52,763 bases of DNA from the NCBI GenBank assembly GCA_964203225.1, contig CAXNMK010000002.1:801664-854426 (forward strand), read 5' to 3'. A program made the translations under genes and the position numbers. The notes beneath the pieces are model-generated. The model searched no databases and had not been told where the DNA came from. It worked only from the letters and a program-made list of their open reading frames with translations. Every line of letters begins with the position of its first letter. Within the stretch, counting starts at the first letter, position 1. Shown piece after piece: positions 1 through 11,008 of this stretch. Source of the DNA: Kofleriaceae bacterium. GTDB taxonomy: Bacteria > Myxococcota_A > Polyangia > Haliangiales > Haliangiaceae.

Positions 1-970
1 GGCCGCCCGGAGGGCGCGCAGGCGGTCCGCGAGCCACGCGCGATCCGGCGCCGGGGAGTGGGCGAGGAGCGTGGCGTGGGGGTCGTCCCACGCCGGGGCG
101 ACGCACGCCTCGCCGAGCCGGGCGCGCACGCCAGCGAGCCGCGCGAGCAGCGCATCGTCGAGGAGCCCCTCGCGCACCGCGGCGGTGTCACAGGCGTCGA
201 GCACGTGCAGCGCGTCGAGGGCGAGCGCGACGACAGCGTCGGCGGAGATGCCGAGCGTGGCCGCGAGCGCGGGCGCGAGATCGTGGAGCGCCGTCACGAG
301 CGGCGTGAACATCAGCAGCGGGCCCTCGCCTCGGACGTGCTGGCCGGCGAGCCCGTGGGCCGCGATCCAGACGAGGGCGAGCGCGCCGAGCGGAGCGGGC
401 AGGGGCCAGGCGCGGGCGGTGTCCCCGTGGCGCAGGATCGCGGCGGCGGCCTCGTTGTGGACGTCGAGTGGGATCCCGAGCGCGGTCCACGCGCGACGGT
501 GCGTGGGGCTCGCCGTCTTGGCGATGTCGAGGTGCACGATCGCGGCGCGCAGCGCGGGGCCGAGGCCGGCGGCGAGCACGCGCGCGGTGGTGTCGGCGAG
601 GCGTGAGAACGCCTCGGCCGGCCAGGCCGGCCCCATCCTGGAACCGTGCGCGGTCGCGCGTCTCGAGGCCGGCGAGCTTCCTGCCGAGCAGGCGCGTGGC
701 GACGTGATCGAGCAGCGGGCGATCGGAGCCCGGGTCGTGCTCGACCTGCGCGGCCATCGGCGCGGCGAGCGCGGCGGCCTCGGGCAGGGCAGCGGTCACC
801 GCCCGGGCGAGCGCGTCGTCCCCGCGCAGCGCCTCGAGCAGTGCGACCGCGATCGCGGTATCCGCGAGCAGCGCCCCGAGCAGCGCGCGCGGCGCGAGCA
901 GCTCGCCGAGCTCCTGGATTCCGATGCGCGCCGCGAGCGCGCCCCACTCCGGCGTCGAAAACACGTCCAT
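1..970 (-). CDS. Hypothetical HD-domain-like protein. The N-terminal ~105 aa from the start at 970 are protein-like in one frame. From the ATG at 636-634 the coding signal moves to another frame that runs off the left edge. Apparent frameshift near 636-660; the 3' end lies outside the window
   Basis: The minus-strand ORF 188..970 starts with protein-like sequence (MDVFSTPEWGALAARIGIQELGELL...). After ~105 aa it degenerates into Arg/Pro low-complexity. Codon-by-codon reverse translation of plus-ORF 58..606 gives a clean protein in the third minus frame (...MGPAWPAEAFSRLADTTARVLAAGLGPALRAAIVHLDIAKTASPTHRRAWTALGIPLDVHNEAAAAILRHGDTARAW...). Its HLDIAK motif resembles an HD motif. Plus-strand ORFs 58..606 and 71..2920 carry the Gly/Glu/Arg/Ala/Val-rich in-register antisense signature. 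Confidence 0.35.
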
Positions 971-1006
971 GCCCGTGACGCTAGCAGGCCGGTCGCCGGG
1001 CCGTCC

Positions 1007-2416
1007 CTACTCGGAGCACGCCTTGCGGCGCGCCGGCAGGACCTTGCCCGGGTTGAGCAGGCCGGAGGGATCCCACATCGACTTCCAGCGGCGCTGCCAC
1101 TCGAGGACGGCCTCGGCCTGTTCCATGGGCATGAAGTCGCGCTTGCTGGTCCCGATGCCGTGCTCGCCCGACAGGGTGCCGCCGAGCGCGATGGTGTGCT
1201 CGAACAGGCGGCGGGCGGCGCCGAGCATGCGCGCGCGGACGGCGGGATCGTCGGGGTCGTCGTTGGACAACAGATTCACGTGGAGGTTGCCGTCGCCGGC
1301 GTGGCCGAACACGGCGGTGGCGATGCCGGTCTCGGCGGACACCTGGTCGACGCGGGCGAGCATCTCGACGATCCGGCCGCGCGGGACGCAGACGTCCTCG
1401 TTGACCTTCACGCGGTAGGCTTCCTTGAGGCACGACGAGATCAAGCGGCGGGCCTCCCACACGGCGCGGCGCTCGGCGGGTTCGGTGGCGGCGAGGACGT
1501 CGAGCGCGCCGAGTTCGTCGCAGCGCATGCCGACCTTCTCCATCTGCGCCTCGATGGTCTCCGGATCTCCGTCGACCTCGAGGAGGACAATCGCGCCAGC
1601 GTTCGCGGGGAACCGGTAGCGGGCCTTGGCGCGGACGTGGTCGATCGAGGCGCGATCGGCGAGCTCGAGGACGCGGGGGCGGAGGCCGCCGCGCAGGAGC
1701 GCATCGATCGCGGTGCCCGCAGTCGGGACGTCGGCGAACACGGCGAGGATCGTCGCGGCGGCGGGCGGGTTGGGCAGGAGCTTGAGCGTGAGCTCGGTGA
1801 TCACGCCGAACGTGCCCTCGGTGCCGACGAACCCGGCGACCAGGTCGTAGCCGGTGACGCCCTTGGCGGTGCGGCGGCCGACCCGGAGGACCTCACCACC
1901 CATCAGCGCGACCTCGAGGCCGAGCACGTACTCGCGGGTGACGCCGTACTTGAAGGCCCGCGGGCCGCCGGCGTTGGTGGCGGCGTTCCCTCCGATCGAG
2001 CAGTACTCGAGCGACGCCGGGTCGGGCGGGTAGAACAGGCCCTGGGCCTCGACCTCGGTCTGCAGGACCCCGGTGATCACGCCGGGCTCGACGACGCACA
2101 CCAGGTCGCGCGGATCGATCTCGCGGATCCGGGTCATCCGCTCCGTCGACAGCACCACGCCACCGGCGATCGGCAGCGCGCCGCCGCACATGCCGGAGCC
2201 GGCGCCACGCGGCGTGACAGGGACCTGCCGCTCGAGGCAGATCCGGAGCACCGCAGCCGCCTGCTCCGTGGACTCCACGAGTGCGGCGCACGCCGGCGGG
2301 AAGTACTCGGGCATCGGACTCTCGTCGCGCCCGTAGTCCTCGATCTTCTCGTGACCGGGACCGACGATCGCTGCGGCACCCAGCTCGCGCGTCAGGACCT
2401 CGACGATGTCTTGCAC
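1007..2416 (-). CDS. FAD-linked oxidase, glycolate oxidase subunit GlcD / D-lactate dehydrogenase family
   Basis: The 469 aa product has an FAD-binding PCMH-type N-terminus (PVTPRGAGSGMCGGALP). A GlcD-like C-terminal domain follows (HAGDGNLHVNLL...EHGIG). Confidence 0.85.
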   Translation of the reverse strand: MQDIVEVLTRELGAAAIVGPGHEKIEDYGRDESPMPEYFPPACAALVESTEQAAAVLRICLERQVPVTPRGAGSGMCGGALPIAGGVVLSTERMTRIREIDPRDLVCVVEPGVITGVLQTEVEAQGLFYPPDPASLEYCSIGGNAATNAGGPRAFKYGVTREYVLGLEVALMGGEVLRVGRRTAKGVTGYDLVAGFVGTEGTFGVITELTLKLLPNPPAAATILAVFADVPTAGTAIDALLRGGLRPRVLELADRASIDHVRAKARYRFPANAGAIVLLEVDGDPETIEAQMEKVGMRCDELGALDVLAATEPAERRAVWEARRLISSCLKEAYRVKVNEDVCVPRGRIVEMLARVDQVSAETGIATAVFGHAGDGNLHVNLLSNDDPDDPAVRARMLGAARRLFEHTIALGGTLSGEHGIGTSKRDFMPMEQAEAVLEWQRRWKSMWDPSGLLNPGKVLPARRKACSE

Positions 2417-2482
2417 GGACTATCTATAACGCCGACCCGCACCAGATGCTGGCGCGTGGACACGCTGCGACGGAGAACCGCG

Positions 2483-2884
2483 TCAGACCGAGAACGAGGA
2501 GCCGCAGCCGCAGGTCGACTTGACGTTCGGGTTGTTGAACTTGAACCCGGCGCCCTGCAGACCCTCGACATAGTCGATCTCGACGCCGACCAGGTACATC
2601 AGGCTCATCTCGTCGACGACGACCTTGACGCCAGCGATCTCGACGTCGCGATCGACCTCGGTGCCCTCGTCGAAGTAGAGGTCATAGGAGAACCCGGCGC
2701 AGCCGCCGCCGACGACACGGAGGCGGAGGGCCATGGTGGTCTCGATGCCCTCGGCGCCGCGGATCTCGTTGATCTTCAGGGCGGCGCCGGGGGTGATCAA
2801 GACCAGGGCCTCGGGCCCGCCCGGGTCGAGGACCGGCTGGGGGATGGTGGAGGGGGCGGTGGTGGACATCGCGAGATCAGACAT
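2483..2884 (-). CDS. Fe-S cluster insertion / A-type carrier protein (ErpA/IscA/SufA family)
   Basis: 133 aa. Carries the conserved Cys motifs GCAGFSY...FDE and a C-terminal CGCGSSF. Confidence 0.9.
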   Translation of the reverse strand: MSDLAMSTTAPSTIPQPVLDPGGPEALVLITPGAALKINEIRGAEGIETTMALRLRVVGGGCAGFSYDLYFDEGTEVDRDVEIAGVKVVVDEMSLMYLVGVEIDYVEGLQGAGFKFNNPNVKSTCGCGSSFSV

Positions 2885-2908
2885 GTACGGCTCCTGGTCG
2901 GGGACCTT

Positions 2909-2924
2909 ACCCTCACGTGAGGGT
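2909..2924. promoter_or_regulatory. Perfect 16 bp palindrome ACCCTCACGTGAGGGT. It lies in the divergent region between erpA-like (-) and the rhodanese-ThiF gene (+). An 18-mer CCTTACCCTCACGTGAGG is shared with the MerR/ISC promoter at 8254-8271 (on the opposite strand there)
   Basis: Read directly from the sequence at 2905-2924. It sits ~25 nt upstream of the erpA start (2884) and ~18 nt upstream of the 2942 GTG. Confidence 0.5.
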
Positions 2925-2941
2925 CATGGCAATCTCTCGCG

Positions 2942-4135
2942 GTGAGCTTTGACACGCTGCTCCGGGAGCTTCGCGGCGCGACGCCCGAGATCGCCCCTGC
3001 GACCCTCGCTGCGGAGCTCGGCGCCGGAGCTCCGCCGGTGGTCCTCGATGTCCGCGAGGCAGACGAGGTGGCCCTGGGCGCGATCCCGGGCGCCCGCCAT
3101 ATCCCGCGCGGGTCGCTGGAGCTGCGCGTCGAGAAGGAGGTGCCCGACCGGGCCGCGCCGGTGGTCGTCTATTGCCAGGGCGGGACCCGCTCGGTGCTGG
3201 CGACGCGCAGCCTGCGCGAGCTCGGCTACACGGCGGTGCGCTCCCTCGCGGGCGGGTTCACGGCGTGGAAGACCGCGGGCCTGGCCTGGGCGACGCCGCG
3301 CGGCCTGCGCGCCGAGCAGCTCGCGCGCTACTCGCGCCACACGCTCCTGCCCGAGGTCGGGCTCGCCGGGCAGCTGCGGTTGCTCGACGCCAGGGTGCTG
3401 TGCATCGGCGCGGGCGGGCTCGGCTCCCCGTCGAGCATGTACCTGGCCGCGGCCGGCGTCGGCACGCTCGGGATCGTCGACGACGACGTGGTCGATGCCT
3501 CGAACCTCCAGCGCCAGATCCTCCACGGCACCGAGCGGATCGGGATGGCCAAGGTCGACAGCGCCGAGGTCACGCTGCGCGGCCTCAACCCTGACGTGCG
3601 CGTGATCAAGCACCGCGCCCGGCTGACCACGGCGAACGCGCTCGAGTTGCTCGCGCCGTACGACGTCGTGATCGATGGGGCCGACAACTTCGCGACCCGC
3701 TACCTCGTCAACGATGTCGCGCTCCGCCTCGGCAAGCCGGTGATCCACGCCTCGATCTTCCGGTTCGAGGGCCAGCTCACCGTGTTCCCGGCCGGCGGTC
3801 GCCCCTGTTACCGGTGCCTGTACCCGTCGCCGCCGCCGGCCGAGGACGCCCCGTCGTGCGCGGAGGCCGGCGTGCTCGGGGTGCTGCCCGGCATCATGGG
3901 CGTGCTCCAGGCCACCGAGGCGGTCAAGCTCGTCCTCGGGCTGGGCGAGAGCCTGGCCGGCCGGCTGCTGGTCTACGACGCGCTCAAGACCCGGTTCCGC
4001 GAGCTCAAGCTCCGGCGGGACCCGGCGTGTCCCACCTGCGGTGACGGGGTGGACCGCGCGCAGATCCCGCTGATCGACTACGCCGCGTTCTGCGCAGGTG
4101 GTGGCGCCGGAGCGGGGGTCGCCGCGCCGGGCTGA
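2942..4135 (+). CDS. Rhodanese-domain / ThiF-MoeB (E1-like) sulfur-carrier adenylyltransferase fusion. The rhodanese domain is N-terminal
   Basis: N-terminal rhodanese with active-site Cys (VVVYCQGGTRS). A ThiF/MoeB Rossmann fold follows (VLCIGAGGLGSP) with two CxxC zinc motifs (CYRC, CPTC). GTG start. Confidence 0.85.
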   Translation: MSFDTLLRELRGATPEIAPATLAAELGAGAPPVVLDVREADEVALGAIPGARHIPRGSLELRVEKEVPDRAAPVVVYCQGGTRSVLATRSLRELGYTAVRSLAGGFTAWKTAGLAWATPRGLRAEQLARYSRHTLLPEVGLAGQLRLLDARVLCIGAGGLGSPSSMYLAAAGVGTLGIVDDDVVDASNLQRQILHGTERIGMAKVDSAEVTLRGLNPDVRVIKHRARLTTANALELLAPYDVVIDGADNFATRYLVNDVALRLGKPVIHASIFRFEGQLTVFPAGGRPCYRCLYPSPPPAEDAPSCAEAGVLGVLPGIMGVLQATEAVKLVLGLGESLAGRLLVYDALKTRFRELKLRRDPACPTCGDGVDRAQIPLIDYAAFCAGGGAGAGVAAPG

Positions 4136-4152
4136 TACACTATCGGCACCAG

Positions 4153-6113
<1,961 letters not shown>

Positions 6114-6156
6114 CTCGAGTGACCCAGGCTGGGGCTGCTCGGGGTATGCTGCGCGG

Positions 6157-7734
6157 ATGATCGTCGCCCTGATCGCCGCCGTCGTCATCGCGGTCCTCGC
6201 CGCGGTGTTCGCGATGCGTGCGGGCGCCGCCGAGGCGAGCCGGCAGACGCGCGCCCGCATCGAGGAGGCGCGAGCGGAGGCCACGGCCGGGATCAAGGCC
6301 GCGCAGCTCGAGGCGGTCGGGCGCCGGCGCGCGCTCGAGACCGAGGCGCGGGCCGAGGCGCTCGCCCTGCGCACCGAGGCCGATGCGCAGCTATCGGCGA
6401 AGGCGACCGCCGTGGACCGTCGCGCCGGGGCGCTCGGGCAGGCCGAGGCCGCGGTCGACAGCCTCGAGGATGCTCTCGAGCAGCGCGCGGCCGCCCTCGA
6501 CGGCGTGCACAAGGACATCCAGTCCCTGCGCGACCGCGTCGGTGGCCTCGAGGGCGATGCGCGGAAGAAGCTGGCGACCGCGCGCACCGAGCTCGAGCTG
6601 CGCGCCGGCGTCGGGGCCGCGGAGCTGATCGACCGGCTCGGGCGTGCGTGGATCGAGGACGCGCAGGCGCGCGCCGCCGCCGCGGTCCGCCAGGTCGACC
6701 AGACCGCTGCGGACCCAGCGCACGATCGCGAGGCCAAGCGCGTGCTCGAGATCGCCGCGACCCGCTACCACCACCACTACCTGACCGAGCGCGCGCAGAA
6801 CTTCCTGCGCCTCGGCCCCGACCTGGTCGGGCTGCTGCTCGATCAGGGCGGCGCGCTCCACGGTGCGCTCGAGCGGAATGCCGGCGTGCAACTCCTCGTC
6901 AACGACGAGAAGGACGCGATCCGCCTCGACGGGCTCGACGGCGTCGGCAAGGAGTTCGTCCGCCGGGCGATCAACCGCCTGATGAAGAAGCCCGAGTCGA
7001 TCGACGACGCTCGCAAGGATCCCGATGCGTGGGCGGCGCGCGGCAAGGACAATCTGATCCAGGAGATCCGCGCCCTCGGCAAGCGCGCGTTCCAGACGCT
7101 CGGCATCCCCAAGGCGCATCCGGAGATCGTCGAGCTTGTCGGCGCGCTCAACTTCCGCACCAGCTACACGCAGAACCAGTGGTGGCACGCCGTCGAGTCG
7201 TCGTACCTCGCCGGGATGATGGCGAGCGAGCTCGGGCTCGACGAGCGGCTCGCGCGGCGCGCCACGCTGATGCACGACATCGGCAAGGCGCTGACCCACA
7301 AGATCGAGGGGTCGCATGCGGTGATCGGCGCGGACATCGCGCGGCGCGTGGGTGAGTCCGAGCTGGTCGCCAACGCGATCGGCGCGCACCACGCCGACGA
7401 ACCCTGCAACTCGGTGTACGCGCACCTGGTCGCCGCTGCCGACGCGATGAGCGGTGCACGTCCCGGCGCCCGCCGCGAGCTCGCCGAGGGGTTCACCGCG
7501 AAGGTCGAGGATCTCGAGCGGATCGGTGGCGCGCGCCGCGGCGTGGCGCATGCCCACGCGGTGCACGGGGGCCGCGAGCTCCGCGTGTACGTCCGCGAGC
7601 GCGAGGTCGATGACCTCACCGTCGTCGAGATGTCCTCCGAGATCGCTCACCAGATCGGTGAGGAGATGACGTTCCCCGGTCAGATCAAGGTCACGGTGAT
7701 CCGCGCCTTCGAGGCGTCGGCCACCGCGAACTGA
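6157..7734 (+). CDS. rny: Ribonuclease Y (N-terminal TM, coiled coil, KH-like domain, HD domain)
   Basis: N-terminal TM helix (MIVALIAAVVIAVLAAVF), an Ala/Glu/Arg-rich coiled coil, and an HD-domain motif (ATLMHDIGKALTHKIEGSHAVIGADIARR...AIGAHH). The track start at 6043 overlaps the upstream PEGA domain; the ATG at 6157 precedes the TM helix. Confidence 0.9.
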   Translation: MIVALIAAVVIAVLAAVFAMRAGAAEASRQTRARIEEARAEATAGIKAAQLEAVGRRRALETEARAEALALRTEADAQLSAKATAVDRRAGALGQAEAAVDSLEDALEQRAAALDGVHKDIQSLRDRVGGLEGDARKKLATARTELELRAGVGAAELIDRLGRAWIEDAQARAAAAVRQVDQTAADPAHDREAKRVLEIAATRYHHHYLTERAQNFLRLGPDLVGLLLDQGGALHGALERNAGVQLLVNDEKDAIRLDGLDGVGKEFVRRAINRLMKKPESIDDARKDPDAWAARGKDNLIQEIRALGKRAFQTLGIPKAHPEIVELVGALNFRTSYTQNQWWHAVESSYLAGMMASELGLDERLARRATLMHDIGKALTHKIEGSHAVIGADIARRVGESELVANAIGAHHADEPCNSVYAHLVAAADAMSGARPGARRELAEGFTAKVEDLERIGGARRGVAHAHAVHGGRELRVYVREREVDDLTVVEMSSEIAHQIGEEMTFPGQIKVTVIRAFEASATAN

Positions 7735-7811
7735 GAGACTGTGAAACAGTCTCGCGAACGGGGTGGGACCCCTGCGCGGCTTGCCGCGGAGGGCGGGGCG
7801 GAGCCCCGTGG
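7735..7811 (+). repeat. REP-like ~80 nt intergenic element, single copy. The hairpin GAGACTG-TGAAA-CAGTCTC starts one nt after the rny stop codon, followed by a GC-rich GGGGTGGGACCCCTGCGCGGCTTGCCGCGGAGGGCGGGGCGGAGCCCCGTGG module
   Basis: Same family as the 4-copy array at 25150-25485 and the inverted copy at 38192-38271. Read directly from the sequence. Confidence 0.7.
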
Positions 7812-8183
7812 CACTGACGCACGAGCGCCGACGACACCCGGATGCACCGCGCGTCAGTGCCCCGTGTCGACTCCTCGCTCGGTCCTGCGGCGGAGGGCGG
7901 GCCGATAGCGGCGTGGGACGGGGGGAGGGGCGGGCAGGCGACGGCTCGTGTGCTGCATTCTGCAATCGCAGCCACGCGTGAACTCGACGAGCGCGATCCC
8001 AAGGCGCCCCGCCCGATGGCGGCGCCCAAGAAGCACTGCAACCCGAGCGAGGCCGCCGAGCACCAGCCGTGGCGCGTGCGCAAGGACGCGGAGGGCGACC
8101 GGCACCGGACCATCCAGAGATCGGGGGCTGCCACGGTCGCGATCCCCGTAGGTTCAGCACCTTCCTGTTCGGGACCCAACTCC

Positions 8184-8279
8184 CACGTAAAGGTAAGGGT
8201 TCGGGATTGACAGCTCTCCGGGTGGCCCTCATAGTGCCCCTGTACACACCGAACCTCACGTGAGGGTAAGGGTTGTGGG
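8184..8279. promoter_or_regulatory. MerR/ISC promoter region. Two direct copies of CACGT(A/G)A(A/G)GGTAAGGGTT..GGG sit at 8184-8205 and 8257-8279. The second carries the palindrome CCTCACGTGAGG. A candidate sigma70 promoter TTGACA(8207-8212)-17 nt-CATAGT(8230-8235) lies between them
   Basis: Read directly from the sequence. The palindrome half is shared with the erpA site at 2909-2924. Confidence 0.45.
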
Positions 8280-8283
8280 CCGC

Positions 8284-8871
8284 ATGAAGGACCAGCCGGA
8301 AACCATCGACAAGCTGATGCGCGTCGGAGAGCTCGCGAAGGTGGTCGGCAAGACCGTCCGCGCGATGCACCTCTACGAAGAGCTGGGCCTGCTCGAGCCG
8401 CGGTCCCGCTCCGAGGGCGGATTCCGGATGTACGGCCCCGAGGCGGTCGACCGCATCCACTGGATCGTCAAGCTCCAGGCGATCGGGTTCACGCTCGCCG
8501 AGATCCAGGGGTTCGTCAACGACTTCCAGGGCGCCGGCTCCGGCCGCGAGGCGACCACGCGCGTGCGCAACCTGTTCATGGAGAAGCAGGCGCAGATCCG
8601 CGATCAGATCATCCAGCTCCAGGTGATCGAGACCGACCTCAACGAGGCCGTCGCCTACCTCGACTCGTGCTCGAGCTGTGCAGACGAGTACGCCCCGGCG
8701 GCGTGCCGCAGCTGCGACCACAATGGCCACCACGTCGGCGAGGCGCCGCCCCTGTTCGCGGGGCTGTCGCGGCGTTCGGCCGACGAGCCGCTTGCACGTC
8801 CGTCCGAGCGCGCATTCGACGTGCCCGTCACCGTCCTCTCCTCATCCCTGACCCGGCGAGAAGGAATCTAA
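8284..8871 (+). CDS. MerR-family transcriptional regulator with a C-terminal Cys-rich motif ([22 protein letters not shown])
   Basis: N-terminal MerR HTH ([28 protein letters not shown]...GFRMY), a coiled-coil dimerisation helix, then four Cys and three His. The track ORF starts at a GTG (8260) inside the palindrome. The ATG at 8284 is the first start codon clear of the palindrome. It ends at TAA 8869-8871, 1 nt before the iscS ATG. Confidence 0.8.
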   Translation: MKDQPETIDKLMRVGELAKVVGKTVRAMHLYEELGLLEPRSRSEGGFRMYGPEAVDRIHWIVKLQAIGFTLAEIQGFVNDFQGAGSGREATTRVRNLFMEKQAQIRDQIIQLQVIETDLNEAVAYLDSCSSCADEYAPAACRSCDHNGHHVGEAPPLFAGLSRRSADEPLARPSERAFDVPVTVLSSSLTRREGI

Positions 8872-8872
8872 G

Positions 8873-10138
8873 ATGTCCGTTGCTACCAAGCCGACTATTC
8901 ACGCGCCCCTCCCCGAGGGCGTGACCCTGCCGATCTTCATGGACAACCACTCGACGACCGCGGTCGATCTCCGGGTCGTCCAGGCCATGCTGCCGTTCTT
9001 CACGGAGCACTACGGCAACGCGGCGAGCCGCAACCACTCGTTCGGGTGGACCGCCGAGGCGGCCGTCGAGAACGCGCGCACCCAGGTCGCCGCGCTGATC
9101 GGCGGCGAGGGCAAGGAGATCGTGTTCACGTCCGGCGCGACCGAGGCCAACAACCTCGCGATCAAGGGCGCCGCCAGCTTCCTCAGGAAGCAGGGCAACC
9201 ACATCATCACCGTCGAGACCGAGCACAAGGCGGTGCTCGACACCTGCAAGCGCCTCGAGCGCGATGGCTACGAGGTCACGTACCTGACGCCGGCCAAGGA
9301 CGGCCTGGTCACCCCCGAGCAGGTCGTCGCCGCGATGACCGACAAGACGATCATCGTCTCGATCATGCTCGCCAACAACGAGATCGGCGTGATCCAGCCG
9401 TTCGAGGCGATCGGCGCGGCGATCAAGGCGCGCAACCCGAAGTGCCTGTTCCACACCGACGGCGTCCAGGCCGTCGGCAAGATCCCGTTCGACGTCGACA
9501 AGGCCCGCGTCGACCTGGTGTCGATGACGGCGCACAAGATGTACGGTCCCAAGGGCATCGGCGCGCTGTGGGTGCGCCGCAAGCCGCGCGTCCGCATCGA
9601 CCCGATCCTCGACGGTGGTGGCCACGAGCGCGGCATGCGCTCGGGCACCCTGCCGGTGCCGATGATCGTTGGCTTCGGCAAGGCGTGCGAGATCGCCAAG
9701 GCCGAGATGGAGGACGATGCGGTCCGCATCGGCGCGCTGCGCGAGCGGCTGCACCGCGGCATCACCGCGAAGCTGTCCGAGACGTACGTCAACGGCTCGA
9801 TGGAGCACCGGCTCCCGGGCAACCTCAACATCTCGTTCGCGTTCGTCGAGGGCGAGAGCCTGCTGATGGCGCTCAAGGACCTCGCGGTGTCGTCGGGCTC
9901 GGCCTGCACGTCCGCGTCCCTCGAGCCGAGCTACGTGCTGCGCGCCCTCGGCGTCGGCGACGAGCTCGCGCACACCTCGATCCGGTTCGGGCTCGGTCGG
10001 TTCAACACCGAGGCCGAGGTCGACTACGTGATCGACCTGGTCGTGACCTCGGTCGAGCGCCTCCGCACGCTGTCCCCGCTGTGGGAGATGCACCAGGAGG
10101 GCATCGACATCAACTCCATCCAGTGGACCCCGCACTGA
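8873..10138 (+). CDS. iscS: Cysteine desulfurase IscS (PLP-dependent)
   Basis: 421 aa. PLP-lysine motif [16 protein letters not shown]. Active-site Cys loop [30 protein letters not shown] at 8861-8866. Confidence 0.95.
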   Translation: MSVATKPTIHAPLPEGVTLPIFMDNHSTTAVDLRVVQAMLPFFTEHYGNAASRNHSFGWTAEAAVENARTQVAALIGGEGKEIVFTSGATEANNLAIKGAASFLRKQGNHIITVETEHKAVLDTCKRLERDGYEVTYLTPAKDGLVTPEQVVAAMTDKTIIVSIMLANNEIGVIQPFEAIGAAIKARNPKCLFHTDGVQAVGKIPFDVDKARVDLVSMTAHKMYGPKGIGALWVRRKPRVRIDPILDGGGHERGMRSGTLPVPMIVGFGKACEIAKAEMEDDAVRIGALRERLHRGITAKLSETYVNGSMEHRLPGNLNISFAFVEGESLLMALKDLAVSSGSACTSASLEPSYVLRALGVGDELAHTSIRFGLGRFNTEAEVDYVIDLVVTSVERLRTLSPLWEMHQEGIDINSIQWTPH

Positions 10139-10208
10139 GCGCGACGCGCACCCGCTGCCGTCCACCTCGCTCATCTTCTTCGTCACCCTCCGCCCCCGAG
10201 AGATCATC

Positions 10209-10601
10209 ATGGCGTATTCAGACAAGGTCATCGACCACTACGAGAACCCGCGCAACGTCGGCACCTTCAAGGCCGACGGCGTCGATGCGAGCGAGGTCGG
10301 CACAGGCCTCGTCGGTGCACCCGCGTGCGGCGACGTCATGCGCCTCGAGATCCGCGTCAAGGACGGCCTGATCGCCGACGCGAAGTTCAAGACGTTCGGC
10401 TGCGGCTCGGCGATCGCGTCGAGCTCGCTCGCGACCGAGATGATCAAGGGCATGAGCCTCGAGCAGGCCGCCCAGATCTCGAACACCCAGATCGTCGAGG
10501 AGCTCAACCTCCCGCCGGTCAAGATCCACTGCTCGGTCCTCGCCGAGGACGCCATCAAGGCGGCGATCGAGGACTACAAGAAGAAGCAGCAGTCCAAGTG
10601 A
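10209..10601 (+). CDS. iscU: Fe-S cluster assembly scaffold IscU
   Basis: 130 aa. Conserved [23 protein letters not shown] and [15 protein letters not shown] (LPPVK motif). Confidence 0.95.
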   Translation: MAYSDKVIDHYENPRNVGTFKADGVDASEVGTGLVGAPACGDVMRLEIRVKDGLIADAKFKTFGCGSAIASSSLATEMIKGMSLEQAAQISNTQIVEELNLPPVKIHCSVLAEDAIKAAIEDYKKKQQSK

Positions 10602-11008
10602 TGGACCAGGTGACGCCGATGTCAGCGACCAGCTCCAGCGCCCCTTCGGCTCCGGCCACCGCGCCGAAGACGATCTCCAAGAAGGAGGTCGAGATCACCG
10701 AGCATGCGGCGCAGGAGATCGCGCGTCAGCGCGACACGCGCGGCAATCCGGATTCGATGATCCGGATCGGCGTGCGTGGCGGTGGCTGCACGGGCTTCAC
10801 CTACGTGTTCGAGTGGTCCGAGCAGACCCGCGCGAGCGACAAGGTGTTCAGCGCGTTCGGGGTATCGATCGTCGTCGACCCGAAGAGCCTGGTCTACCTC
10901 GGCGGCATGCAGCTCGACTTCGTGCGCGGCATGATGGGTCACGGCTTCAAGTTCAACAACCCCAACGCCAAGGGGAGCTGTGGCTGTGGCGAGTCCGTCA
11001 ACTTCTAG
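10601..11008 (+). CDS. iscA: Fe-S cluster assembly protein IscA
   Basis: ATG at 10601 overlaps the iscU TGA (TGATG). GCTGFTY...FEW and a C-terminal [11 protein letters not shown]. Confidence 0.9.
   Translation: MDQVTPMSATSSSAPSAPATAPKTISKKEVEITEHAAQEIARQRDTRGNPDSMIRIGVRGGGCTGFTYVFEWSEQTRASDKVFSAFGVSIVVDPKSLVYLGGMQLDFVRGMMGHGFKFNNPNAKGSCGCGESVNF

Noticed and set aside
58-606. 182 aa ORF MGEERGVGV...
   Set aside because: Codon-wise reverse complement gives a clean protein on the minus strand. This ORF is its mirror-image antisense
71-2920. 949 aa plus-strand ORF spanning glcD, erpA and the first gene
   Set aside because: Its composition (Ala/Arg/Ser/Gly/Glu-rich, no domains) is the in-register or out-of-register antisense of real minus-strand genes, and it overlaps three well-supported CDSs. 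A GC-rich artefact
8195-8210. tRNA-like GGTTCGGGATT T-loop resemblance
   Set aside because: No acceptor, D or anticodon arms can be built around it. It is part of the repeated promoter motif
8260-8283. GTG start at 8260 for the MerR gene
   Set aside because: It lies inside the palindromic operator. The ATG at 8284, 24 nt downstream, is the first start clear of the palindrome, so it was preferred
6391-8733. 780 aa minus-strand ORF across rny, the REP element and the MerR gene
   Set aside because: Antisense to two solid genes and runs through a repeat element. No domain content
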